Part shown: positions 48,103-62,790 of the stretch, in pieces
Position numbering within the stretch: the stretch's first letter is position 1
How the letters are laid out: every line of letters begins with the position of its first letter
From: Proteromonas lacertae
Taxonomy: Eukaryota
NCBI GenBank assembly: GCA_002245135.1
Contig: NGBS01000590.1
Coordinates: 124,001 to 188,000, forward strand
Reading direction: 5' to 3'
DNA: 64,000 nt
Notes under the pieces: model-generated
What the model was told of the DNA's origin: nothing
Seen by the model: only the letters and a program-made list of their open reading frames with translations
Database searches by the model: none
Translations under genes and position numbers: made by a program

Positions 48103-51100
48103 TTACGATATTCCAACATACGTGTTATATTGTGAAGTAATAGCATCTTCTAAAATTTTTGAAAACTGCTCAGGATCATCTGATCTGTGATTGTATATAT
48201 GAGGATATAATTTTACCAATTTTTCAGATGTTTGTAATAAAGACACATCTTTACATACTTTATTCTCTAAAGCAATGAAATGAATATCAGCTTTCAATTT
48301 CTTTATATTTTCAAAACAATCATACCAATCTACAATCCATTCAGTATCTTTTTCTCTATCTCTTGGATAATAATCAGTATTAGGAACTTTTGAATCGCCA
48401 TGACCTGCTGCATCTCCACAAATAATAATGCAATGTTTATAATTCTTATATTCACCTAACAAATTCTCTACTGCATAGTTTACACCTCCATATACATCTT
48501 CACATATATCACCACCTCCTTTTTCCTTTACTGTTGACAAATAATTCTTTATTTTTTCGAAATCGCTTGTTATTCCAGAAGTGATTATTCTTTCTTCACC
48601 TGCATCAAAATCTCTATAACCAACAAATTGACCAACAATTTTTGAATTTGGATTGACTTTTGAATCTTGTTTTATCCTCACTATTTCATTGAATATATCG
48701 ATTAAATGCTGTGTTGTTTGTTTTATATATTCTTGCATTGAAACTGTACAATCTAATATTATTGTAAGACAGAAATTGATTGGCAAAAATTGTTTTCTAA
48801 TTTCTACATTTGGATCAGGTTTTATATTATTAATATTTATATTAAATTCATGTTGAAGTGTTTTTGGCATTTCACCACCTGCATTTCCAGCAAATGAAAA
48901 GAATGCATCAATATTTAATAGCCAAATCATCGAATTAGATATCCATCTACTAGCATCAGGTGTGAATTCTTGGAATAGTTTTGAAGCAGCTGTGTCAATT
49001 ACAGTTTTACCTTCACCTTCTTTACTTTCTCTCAACATAATAGCAGCATGATCATCATGTTCTCTAGCAAACACCACAAAACCTTTATCTATTAAATCAT
49101 TCTCATTTAAACAAGCTAAAGTATTTCCTTCTTTTATTATATCTAAGCCTGTATCAATTCTTAAACTAGACATATTATAATCCATTAAATTTTGACCAAT
49201 TGTCTGAAACATTCCTCTGTCAGCTTTTAATCCTCTTCTCATTTCTGATCCACCTGATACTTCAGTTTCTTCATCCACTATATCAATATTATAATATTTT
49301 TTAAAGTATTCTACTGCTTCATAATTGAAAGGAGGATTCTCTAACATCCAAAATATACCACCTCCATTCTCCTGATATTCATTTAAACATTCTAAAAATG
49401 AAGTTAAATATTTAATATCACTGTTTGGATTTTCTTCAGGGAATCTACCAGTTCCATCACTACAAGTAATAAGAATAGATCTGTATTTACCTGTTGTTAT
49501 TTCTCTTACAGCACTATAATAATCATATACAATTTCTACATTAAATCCTTTTGTTTGTAATTTCTTCTTTGGACTATTTTTACCATCACATCCAATTGTT
49601 AAAGTCTGAACTGTTATATTCTCATCGATTATTCTTCCTTCTCCATCTTTTTCATTTCTACACAAATACAAAATCACAAACAAGATGTTAAAATCTTTGA
49701 ACGATCCATCAACGCCTAAATCATATTCAGAATTAGTTAAATCAGCATCAATTGATGAAAATGAAGGATCATTTGAATGATGAGCATGTAAAAATTGTGC
49801 TCTAAATTCATAAGCTGATGGTATATTTGTTATAGATTTTACCATTTCACGATCTATTATTGAAACAGCTTCAAATTCATTTACATTTTGAGGTGTTAAA
49901 AATGGATATTTTGGTAATGTATATGATGATAAATTTGCTGCTGTTGGATTATTGATAGATGCAATAGCTTTATCCAAATTATCAGGATTATAAGACCAAA
50001 TAAAATGAGGGAAGATATTCTCTATTCCATACACTGTATAACCAACACCTATTCCTACTGTTGCACAATCAATACTCTTTATTATACTCTTTATCGATTT
50101 TCTAGTTGTTTCATTAGTAATACCATTTGTTAATATGAATATTAATGATGTATAAGGTCTTGCTGAACATGTAGCAATTGCATATTTTATTGTATCACTT
50201 AAAACTGTTTGTTGAACTAAGTTATTCTGACAATTCTCAATTACTGTATTTATAGAACTTGCAACATTAGATCCCCAAGCATCTGTTGATGTTAATCCTG
50301 TTCCTATTCTATTTATTTTATCTGTAGCTATCCAAATATCAATAGCTGGAACATTCACTTCACATATACCTCTTAATAATGTAAAGAATGTTTTTATTGT
50401 GTGAGATATGTTAATTGGACTAAATGTCACTTCTGAAGCATCTAATACAATTGAAACACTGTAAGATCTTACTTTATTCCCTGTTTTCTTTTTAAACAGT
50501 TTCCCATCAGTACTAATTCCTGCAATATACTTCATATAATTTTGAAAATGAATAGTAGTACCAGTTGCACTAGCTACCCAAGAAGTTGGTTTATTTGGTA
50601 TTACTAATGTTGAGTTTAATGGATAAAATAATATATTACTTTTTATCTTTTCATTTAAGAATTTCTCTAATGAACCATTGCCTATACCATTTACTATTTG
50701 ATCCAATTCTTTGTCTGCTATTTGAGGCAAACTTTTGGAGTTAATATTCTCATGACTTTCGTCTGAAATAACCAATATTTCACTTTCCTGTAATGGAGGA
50801 AATGAAAATTCAAATCTATTTGACTGAGATGGTTTTACATTTACAATCTCATCAGAATTTATATTTTCTACTTTATCTAATTTAGAATAGAATAATGGAT
50901 AAATGGAATTCATTAATATTGAATTTAATAAATCAGAAAGTTTACTTATTGATTGGTAATGCTTTGATGTAAAATTTGTATCTAATATATTCTTCATTAA
51001 TTGTGTATTTTCAGTTGATAATATTTCATCTTCTTTATCTTCAGAAAACACTCTAATAATGAACAGATATGGAATATATTTTCTAATATCATCCAATGTA

Positions 51101-54100
51101 GAAGAACATGTTGTCAAAAGCTGTTCACTGAAACAATCACTTATTATAACATACAAATATTCATTATTACTTGTAACAACTCCATCTTTCTTATATGCAA
51201 ATATATCTAATGGTGTAGAAGGCATTTTCTCAACAGATTCCAAATCAAAGATTCTACACATCTTAACAAATATATTCTCTTCTGGCTGAGCAACTGAAAT
51301 GACTTGTCCATGAGATATTGATGCAACTACTCTTGTCTTTATATTCAATTCATTACACAACAATAACATCACAATTCCTATCAATGTTCTTAATCTTGCT
51401 TTATATTTTTTATGTGTAAATGAAGTATCAATTACTATTGTCAACATCTTAATATATTGTTTCTTTTCAAATCCTTTCGCATTTCTTACTGCATATGACA
51501 TATTAAATACAGAAGGTAAAAGTATTTCTTTATATTTTTCCATTAACTTCAACTGTTCATCTGTTAATTTACTAAACTGAGCTGCTTTTAATGTATCTTC
51601 TTCTTTTTGCAGTTTCATTATCTTTGTTGCATCTTTATCTACTCTTCTATCGTAAATTGATTTGAAATAATTATCCAAACCTTGAGAAATGAATTGTTTC
51701 AATATATCTCTAACATATATTGTTCTTAAATCATTTCTTTCTCTCTGAATATCTTCATCAGATTTTAATTCATATGGATTTGATTTATCATCTTTTAATT
51801 CTTCTGGAACTAATTCTGACATAAATGTACCTATCACATCTTCCAAACCTGCATCTCTTACATCGGATTTGTCAAACACTTTATAGCCTTTGACATTATC
51901 ATTATCTTTAGATTGTTTAACGTAAAGCTTAGATGATGTTGTTGTTTCTTCCTCTTGTTCAACTGTTTTACGATTTGGATCAAATAGACTTTGAATATCA
52001 TCAGAATTTGTTATTTCATGTATATTACCTGAAGTTTTCCAAATTAATGGTATACTTCTTGATGATAAATACTCTATATTCATTTTCACCAATCTATTGA
52101 TAGTTTTCATGTATTGTTGTTGATTTGAATCAATATACTTCAAAGCATTTATGAATTTATTAACTTCTTCAGGATGTTTTTTAGATGAAAATTTCACCAA
52201 GAATAGATTATCTAAACTCCTCATATACTTTTTAACATTACCACTAAATAGTTCATTCTTTAAGTTTTCAATGTCAATTATATTATCTGGTATATCTTCC
52301 AATAGATTATCAATAGAATAGGAAAATTCATCAAATACATTCCATTTTCCATCTTTAGTAATAAACATTTTACTTGAATTATTATAACTATAAGAAACAT
52401 TTCTAAAACCATATGTGTTATATTTATCTAAATAAAATACATCATCAGTATTTAAATCATGTTTAAACTCTTTTCTTCCTTTATCATCAAACCAAAATAC
52501 TATCAATTCTTTTGGACCATCACTTCTTGGGGTATAATTCAATATTCTATTCTTAGTATTATCAATAAAACATGGATAATTCAAGAAATAAACAGTGTCA
52601 GATTTTTCCACATTAAATGTAAGAATAATTTCTTTTTGACATTGAGGTGTTGTTAATTCAAGTTTTGCTTCCTTCTTTCCTGGTAGTAAACTATGAAACA
52701 CTATATCTAATTTGGATGAGTTTATAATTGTTGCTTTACAATATGGAGTTTTTGATTTTACATAACATTCTACAAGTGATGGGTTTAGAATTGATATTGA
52801 TATATTTGGATCATTTCTTGAACATACAAATGTTGGTAATTTAAATGTATTATCCTTTGGAAGTATAATTTCATATCCTTTAACATTAGTTATTAATATA
52901 CAATTCTTAAGAATAGGAAACTTAGATGATTCTGAATCTGAAATAGCCAGTTGATTAATAGATTTAGGTAAAAATATTCTTTCATTGTAAGATAAAGGCT
53001 CTTTCAATTTATGTAAGCATTCTTCATTATGTTTTTCACTTTCTTGATTCTTAATTAACTCTGATTGCAATCTCTCCATTATACTATATTTTTCATTAAT
53101 TATCTTGACAATTGGATTATATTCAGAAACTAAAGAAGTATATTGATCTGATTTTGCATCATATTCAAAATAATGTGATTCTTTATAATTTTCTTTATTC
53201 TTAAACAAATCATATGAATATTCATTAAACTCTTCTGGTATTTCTGCAAAGGATGCTTTTTTAGGAACTTCAATAAGTGAAACTGAGTATCCTCTAAAAT
53301 AAAAAGGACAGACTGGGAAGTCATTTTGAATTTTATAGTATTTACATGAATCAACAGGAGATGGCATAACTGTATATTGTACGCTTTGTCTGGTAAGAGT
53401 TTCATCATAGAATAAAGTAACTACTTCAGTACTTGATTGAGATGTCTTACTATAAAAAGTATTCTCATTTAACACAAATCTATATTTATCCAAATAATCT
53501 TCATAGCCTGATAAATCATAATAAACATTATATTTCTGACAAAACCAACACATATTTGAAACTAATTTCCAAAAAAAATTATCATTTGTAACATTTCCTT
53601 GATTATAGTTATAATATTTGAACTGAATATTAACATTACTATTTCCCAATAATTTTACACTAACATTATAACTAGAGAATGGCAAAACAATAGGCAATTC
53701 TGTAACTGAACTACCAAAAGCGTTATGAATAATACTAATGAATTGATGGAACATATTTCCCTTTTCTACTCTGATAGTGTTATTAGTAAACTTAATTGGT
53801 AATGGTTTACCTATTATTCTATACTCAAAAGGCAAATCATCATTTGTATATTTAAATATAACAATTTTTAAATATTGACCTTTAGGAGAATCAGCTAAAT
53901 ATGGATTTACTTCTTCTAACAATTTCTTAACTGGCGATGTATCTGAATTTCTTAGAAAATGATTTACACTTTGGTGATAAAACACTGTCTTTATCCAATT
54001 GAATGTTTCATCAAAATTATCAATTCTTTGTACAATTCTATTATATTTCATTTTTTTAAACTGTATTTCTTCTTCAACTTGTTGTTTAAGTTGAGTAATT

Positions 54101-57100
54101 GCATCAACTCTGGAAGATACACAATTTTCAATTAATTGACAATTAGCATCTATTTTCTTCTTTATCTCTTCGATTTTACTTATAATTTCATTTTTTGTAT
54201 ATTCAAACTTCATTTTTACGTATTTATCAATACTATTAATAAGTTCTTTTATTGAACTTACTTCATCTAATCTTTCACTAAAGAATGGATTATAACTTGG
54301 ATCTTGTTCAATTTCTTGAAGAATTTCCATTACTAATTCTGTTAAAGATGTTTTACATCTTGGACAAAGTAGTATTAGTTTATCTTTCAAATCAACATTT
54401 GAATGAAATAAGGTATTCTGTAGTTGAGTTGCAACAGTAGCTTCATTAAAAACATGATATTCAAACTGTAAATCTGATGAGGATATGATTGAACCTTCAT
54501 TAGTATCACCAACAAAATTGTATTGAATCAATGAAACGATTTTACTCACTGTCCAATGGTAATCTTCATCAGCAGTATCTACAGCATGTATTAATTCAGG
54601 ACATTTCAGAGTCAATAGCGGAGGATGATAAATGGATGTATCACACTTCTCTAAATATGGATCTAATAAACTTTCAGCATCTTGTGCTATGGATTTTCCT
54701 CCAACAAATCTTAATTTCACTTTTCCTTGTTTCAACCAATCCATATCCAATAACCTTCTTAATGAGTCCTTTAACTCATCTTCACAAACATATCTATGAA
54801 TATATAATGGAGCAGATTTTATATCTTCTAAACAACCATTCAAATCAGCTTTCTTACTTACATTGTTTAAATATGCATTGATATAACTCATCAAAGGATG
54901 TTTAACTGATTCTAATTCATCTAACTTTTTAGTACAAGTTTTTTCATCAATTCCAAGTTTTGCAAATATATCGAAGTATTTAATAAATAATGATATTAAC
55001 AACTTATCATTTGCATCTAACATCCAACACAATATGTGACTGTATCTCATATATTCTGCTGTTTCTGGATTTAGTTTGTCATAATCAAAATCAAATGAGA
55101 ATAATGCTTCTTTTGCTTGGGTTATTGAATCTAAAGTATCTCCTGTTATTCCATCTTCTTTATTATCTTGACTGTATAATTCTGCAAATTTGGGATTTAA
55201 ATACTCCAATATTTTATGAGCTGAACTAAGATTATTTATTTTTTGTCTTAAATCATTACTTTTGATTGTTTCTTCAGTTCTCTTTTGATGTATTTTCTCT
55301 ACAAATTCATCATATTTCTTTTTTTCTTCCATTACACCATCAAATTTATCTAAATGATAATTCTCAATTGCATTTTGAAAATATAAACTTAAATCATCAA
55401 TAGCTTTATATTCTTCATCATTAACATGAAAATCACCTAAATGATCTTGTATTTTTGAGTATGCTTCATTCAGTATTTTTTGAATTACAGGCATCATTTC
55501 AGCTAATTCTTGTATATGTGAAGATAAATCTGGTAATTGAGATTCAATACTTTGATAAATCACTCTGAATCTATTATATCTTCTATCTATCAACTTTCCA
55601 GAATAACCAAGTATATAACTTGCAATAAACTCTTCATATGGAGAGAGAGTGAAACAATTTGAAAGTTTTGTTTGAAAGTTGTTTTCATTCATTTGATAAA
55701 ATGGAGATTGTCCACAATAACTTGATATTTTATTCAATTTGAAATATTTGAAATTCAACCACCTTTGGAAATGCTTATATTCTACTGGATCATTATTTGG
55801 ATCCATAATTGGTACATTCACACCTAAATGATTTGCTACTGTATTACATATATGAATTAATGGAAAATATAAAATCGAATAACGGTAATTCTGATTTACT
55901 AGTGCATTTAACATATCTAACTGAGAAGCATTAATCAATTGAATACTTACATTCAATATATCAACTATTAAATCAACTACATTTTCATCAGAATCTCCAT
56001 TTGCTAAAACATTTAATAAATTATCAATTTCAGACTTTTCTGTCGATTCTAACTTCGCTAAAATATCTCTATTACTTACCTTTGCTTGATTGAATTCTAA
56101 CATATACGATTCATCAGTTGGATTGGATAAATATCTCAAAACTTGTCTAAAAGAACATTGAATATCATTACCAAAACATTTCACTTCTGTTTCATCAGCT
56201 TTCTTTAAACACAACTCTTGGATAGATGAAATATTATCAAGTGATGATGATGAGATTACTATACATCTGCTTAATAATGGTGGAGGTATAACAGATATAT
56301 TATCAGTTGTAAATGAAAAGAATATTCTAAAATCTCTATGAATTATATATCTTGGATCTAATGAATCTTGTTTATAAGTTGGTCTATCATCACTTTCAAT
56401 TACTGTTAGTGTAGGATGTTCTTCACACAATGAATTTAACCTTTCTAAAATATCACTACTTGCTAGATTTATATCTTCTATTACAATCCAAGAACCTCTT
56501 TCCATTGCTAATAATAATGGTCCTTTCTTGAATGTTGTGGTTTTTCCTATTGAGTCATTAGACAATATATCCATTCTTCCTATCAATAATGATATTGTAC
56601 TTTCACTATTCAATGGAACTGGAATTAATTCTTTCTGGTATAATTCTGCTAATTTTCTTACTACATAACTTTTACCTGATGGAGATGGACCATAAAGAAT
56701 AATAGCTCTTCTTGATTCATAGGATAATGCTATTTTATAAGCCAACAGCTTTTCTGATGAAGTAAATTGATTAAAATCAAAATTCCATGAATCTGGAGAT
56801 AATGGAATTGACCAAGGTCCAGTTAACATTATTTTTCCACTATAATTGATAAATCTAATATTCATTTTACCATTTATAGCTAAAACGTTGTTTATTTCAT
56901 CTATATCATTGTTGTTATATTTACATCCAAATACTAACCACAATGCTGATCTAATATTTGTTTTACAAAACTCACAACTTCTATACACTTCAATTGCTTT
57001 TATTGATTCTCTTAATGTGAAATTAATACCAATTTGTTTACCTAAATGTAATGATGCTGAAAACAGTTTATTTATCATTTTATCAAACTTTTCTATTGCT

Positions 57101-60100
57101 TCTTCATCAATATTTATATCATTTGATGTAGAAAGTATTTTTTTGCCAATATACAACAACTCCCATATTTGATAAGCAATATCATTTTGGTATAAACAAA
57201 TAGATAATAGATGTGAAGAAAGAGTTGTTCTATTACCAGTCATTGAAGATGGATTTAAAGTACAAACAACATTAACGTTTTGAGGTAATATTATATCACC
57301 ATAACCAGGAGCAGTAAATATTTGATGATTAATACAGCATTTAATAAAATATAAAATCACATCAAGAACATCTGGAGTAGCCAAGTTAAGTTCATCAAAC
57401 AAAAAACCTATTGTTTCTATTCCTTTCTCTTTTTGTACTATAATGTAATCAGTTATTTTACCTGCTTTAGTATATTGTTGTTGATCTTTATCAATATCAA
57501 CACTACCAAATAATTCTTGAATAGTAACATTAGGTGAGAAATTCAAAGCTAAATATGGGATTTGTTTAGCTTCATACACATATCTTGCACATATTGATTT
57601 ACCCACTCCTGGATCACCTTCAAGAATAACTGGAATATTTGACTTAATACCAATTAATAGTGTAACTAACATTTGAACTGTAGTTTGAACTAAATAAAAT
57701 GTTTCACTAATATTATTCTCTAAATGTCTTCTTACAACATTCAAATCATCAACAAACTCTTTAGAAAAGGTATCTTCAGCATAATCTAATGTATGAATGT
57801 TAATTTCATTACTCATATATACCATTCTCTTCAAATTAGGAGTAATTGTTGATATTCTATTAGAAATCAACAAATCAGTTTTATCATGATGATTTCTGGA
57901 AATATAATCAATATAAAACAGAGAATCTAGAGGAGATAAGAAACAATTACTTACTTTTTCATTTAAATCATATATTGTGATAGGACAATCATAAGATGGA
58001 TCATAGTAAGAGTAATTATGTTTGATTTCTTCTGGTGATAGATTTGGTCTACAGAGGATACTTAAAAAGAGATTCTTATTCATAACTCTTGAATAATCCT
58101 CTTGTTCCACTGATGCTATAAAATGAGGTAAAACAGTATGAAGATGATACAACAACGAAAAATAACTGCCTATAGTATCTTCATATAATGAATATTGTTT
58201 CAGTTGAACAATGTTTTGATATAAATTCATTAAACCAGTCATTCTTGGCAATACAGAATCACTTAGTAAATCAATATGATTGATCAACAAATCTTGTCCA
58301 GTTACAAATGGTGAAGTAATCAAACCAGGCTTGAAAAATATATAAGAAGCTTTATCATCACTGTCATTCACATTAGTCAATATGGATTTTCTCCATTCTG
58401 TAAAATTGGAATATGAAACTTTTGGTTTTAACTGATCTACCATTGTCCGTAATTCCATTCCATTTGAAATCATTGTATTACCCATCAAATAACTACCATC
58501 ATAAGATCTTGATAATTCTACTGATTTACTATTTGGATATACGTTTTCTAAAAACGATTGCTTAAATGGATTTGATCCAATAAAGAGGATCGGAATGTTT
58601 TCATTTGCTTGATTAACTAATGAAAATCTAAATAAACTTTCTAGAAACCATCTATTTGGTGATTCTGGTATTTCTATTGAATCGTCATACTTTACTTCTA
58701 AATCAACCTTTTTACATCTCTTAGTTTTTCTATCGATAACAATAGGAGCTTCATAAAAATCTTTCAACTGTGGTGCTATATCTTTATACAAATCTAATAA
58801 TCTATCTAAATCAGTTTCTGTTGAAACAAACATACTTAATATATACACCATCAAATACTTATTATCTTTAATACGACCTTTATAATTATGGCATATTTTA
58901 CTTAAGTATTTTAATTGAGTCAGTGAGAATATATTTTCATGGAGTAAAGAAATTCTATACATATCTGAAGTAATCTCTTGTTTTTCTTCATCAGTAAAGT
59001 TTGGTATTTTAATAACTGGACAATATGGAGGAAGTTTAACAGGAGGTTTTCTCCCATTCACAGTTGTAAATAGAAACACAATTCTAAAATTTGAATGAAT
59101 TTGATAAGTAGTATTCATATATATGAATTCTTTTGCTGTTGGATCAATTATTGTTTCTAATAACTGGAAAACATCACTAGATAAATCAGAAGCAGATTCA
59201 ATTACTAAAATACCTCCATTTCTTAATGAATCAAGTAAAATACATGGATAAAAATCAAATGTACCAGATTCATTGCCACCAGAATTTGCTTTCTTTGTGA
59301 AAAACCCTAACAATTGATCAACTTCTGTCTCTGGTGATATATACAACACTTGATAATCTAAATTAGTAGTTGATGAATCAAAAATTTCACTTATCAATGT
59401 TGTTTTTCCAGATTCTTTATCACCTACTAAAGCAACTGATCTATTTGTCACTACATTATAAAACACAAATTGGTTCAACTTTTTTCTTATTCTAATATTT
59501 TCAAATGCTGTGAAATCTGTATTATCTTTATCTTTTGAATAATTAAGTAACTCATTTTCAAACATTTTTTCATTCTCTGCAAATTTGTTCGAGAAATTCT
59601 GAATAGTTTCAATTAGTTTATCTTCTCTTATTTCATAAGAATTCTTGATCTTTTCTTCAGGTAATTTAATGTGTATAAATCTATTAATTAAAGCAGGAGA
59701 GAATTTTTCGAGTCCTTCATTTGATACAGTTGCAATAACTCTAAAATCTTCATGAACTCTCACTTCTGGTTCTTCTATTCTTTCATCAAATCTAACAGTT
59801 TCTTGATAGTCTTTATTTGGAACAATTTCAAGAAGAGAATTAAGTCTTTCAATGAAATTAGATTTCATATTATCTAATGATTGTAAAACACATATTTTTC
59901 CATTAACAATACTATCAACCAATGGAGAATCAATCCACTTAGGAGTTACAACTGTTTTATTTCCATTATTATCACTTGGATTTTTACTTACATCTTGATT
60001 ATTAATATTGCTATTATTGTTATTCATTCCATCTTCATCATCTACATCAGCTTGATGATAATTTTCATTTTCTTCTTTTTCTTTGTTAGATCCTATTTGA

Positions 60101-62684
60101 AACATTCCAATAAGTGTATCTGTTGAAGTACCGCTTGTACATTTAATTACATTCATACTACTTTCATCTCCTCCTTTCTCTTTCAATATTTCTTTGATTA
60201 ACATATTCACATATTTTCTTGATATAAACTCATTCTCTGAAGATATCAATACATGATATCTTGATTCAAATGCAGATCTTACATAATCAACAAATCTTCT
60301 CCATATAAATGGATCAAGAGGATATAAAGAATCTTTTGGCATATCATCACTTGCTTCAATGCTTGGTCTTAATCTGTCTCCATAAACAATTTTAATTGCT
60401 TCATTCAATGAACCGATATGTTTAACCAAAGAAGACACTCTTATACAATCTCTTAATGTATAAACCATATCAGGATTATCATTAATGGCTTGTTGATGAG
60501 CAACTATTACTTTATCAATATCCTTATTTCTCTCTATCTTTTTTAATCCATTTAGAATATATCTCAATTCAGAAGTAGAAATTTCTGGAAAATGATTACT
60601 ATCAATACATCTAAATCTTGATAACATAGTGCCATCTAATTTTGTTCTTTTATAAACAGAACCAGCAGGATTCTGAGTTGCGATGATTCTGAAGTTAGGA
60701 TTCATTTCATATTTTGTATAACCAACTCCTAATTCATCAATGTATAATTCATGAGTATCTAATACACTTAAAATAGCTTGAACAACCTCTTTACTGGCTA
60801 AAGATAATTCATCTAAAAGTAATACTTTTCCTTCAATAAATGCATCAGAAAATGGACCTTTTTGAAACACTGGTTTAGGATGATTATTTTCTTTTTTAAT
60901 CACTATATTACCAATCAATTCATCAATTACTGAAGAAGGACTAAAATTATATCGAATTAAAGGCATTTGACCATTCATACACACTTGTTCAACTGTGAAT
61001 GTTTTAGCACTTGATGTCTTACCTTCAATTAATAATGGAATTCTATTAATAATACCATCTTCTATTATTTTCATCCTTTTCATTGCATTTTCAGTTATTA
61101 CAGCAGTTGCTTTACTTCTTTTAGTGTTGATTATATGATATATTTCATATTCACATGCTTCACCATTTACTGTTACTTTTTGTTGGTTATTTTGAGTATG
61201 AAAAATCAGAATTGGATCTTCACATTTAACATTAATATTACCAAATTGAAATGTCTTATTTTTTGCATTTTTTATTCTACAAAAGTATATAATCTTTGGA
61301 GAAACATTATAAGATTCATCTTTCTCAAGAAATGGTAATATAAACTTCTTATTACCTTCATCACTGTTAATGGTTGAAGATTTTGATAATTCAAATGCAA
61401 ATTTATAATTCTCTACTAGATCATTCAAACCCCAAACTAATGTTGATGAAACAGAAATAAATCTATCTTCCTTTCCATCTTTACTGTCTTTTGGAGTAGT
61501 TAACCATAATTGATTTGTAACATACTTTGAAAAACTTTCTGTGTGAATTCTACTATCTTTTATATCTTGTACAACTACTGAAAATGATTGGAAAGGTATG
61601 ATGGTAATAGATGATGATGAAAATTGATTTAATAAACTCATATTATCTGCTGTGTTTAAATTAACAACAGGAGCTGATGGTGGTACAATATATTGTAGAT
61701 TTGGATTGATATATTGAGGAGTAAGAGTAGGAAATGGTTGTTGATTTGGAGGAGTAAGAGTAGGAAATGGTTGAGGATTGGACTGTGGTAAAGGTGGATT
61801 GAAACTATTTATTGATCCATTTATTGGAATAAAAGGAGGGTTTAATGGTTGAGATGATGGATTTGGTATATAAAATGGGGGTGGATTATTACTCAATGGC
61901 TGAGATTGTGGATGTGACATTGGTAAAGGAGGTGGAATAATAGAAACTCCACTTGCATTAAACACTGGCGGTGTAAATACTGGAATACTTCCTGAAGTAT
62001 TTGTTAAATGACTTGGTAATTTTATATTAATTGGTTTATATTTGGGTGATGGTGATGGTGATAGTGATGTAGATTGTTGTTGTAAAAATGGTGGAGGTGA
62101 TGATGATGATGGAGATATAGATTGTTGTAGAAATGGTAGTTGTTGTTGTGAAGCAGTAGTAGAGTTATTCTTCTGATCCATACCACTTCCTAAATTCTTT
62201 GCTGCAGCAATAAACTTATTTACATATACAGTTGGAGCAACACCAGGATTTGGAGTAATAACTGGATTTTGTGGTTGCATTAGTTCAGATTGTAGAAACG
62301 GTAGAGACATTTGTCCAGAAGATGAAAAATTATCAGAAGAATGTGTTTCTATTACTGGAGGAGTGAATGATAGTGAATTTAAAAGAACTGGAGGATGATT
62401 TAATGCAGGAACTACTGGAACAGGTAAGTGACTAGATATTCTACTAACAACTAGATTAACTTCTGAGGAATTAGTAAAACATGTAATTTTTGAACAATCA
62501 TTTGGAATGGTTCGACCATCATCTAAAGCAACTTTTAAACATGCTGTTGATATATTCAAGCGTCCCTATTAACTGTAAGATAAAATAATACTTCTAGCAA
62601 GTCATAAACTGCTTGACATGATATATTATCATCAGCAGTTTGTATTTTATAATTTGAATTCTCAAAAATATAAGACACAATCAT
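48103..62684 (-). CDS. Giant (~4850 aa) midasin-like protein: N-terminal ubiquitin-like domain, Pro-rich linker, six AAA modules, two degenerate vWA-like domains, an unassigned alpha/beta domain and a C-terminal MIDAS vWA
   Basis: ATG 62684, one 26-nt intron (62566-62591), then a 14.4-kb exon. Walker A-like GKTSSAKT, GDKESGKT, GDPGVGKS, GPSPSGKS; LLLDELSLA, FDELNLA, ERLNSL, FRIIATQNP; C-terminal ILDCTVSM...YRDF...GGGDICEDV...CGDAAGHG. Confidence 0.85.
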
Positions 62685-62790
62685 CTTTTTTCTTAGATTT
62701 GTTTTATGTAATAATTACACAAGCCAAATGTCAAGCTTTTTCTAAAAAGAGAAATTGATATAAATTCACACATATTTTAATTATATTATA

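Noticed and set aside
48653..61338. Small ORFs nested in the giant gene, and similar ones in the ABCG, Ago and Hsp70 genes
   Set aside because: Antisense or off-frame shadows with no independent evidence.
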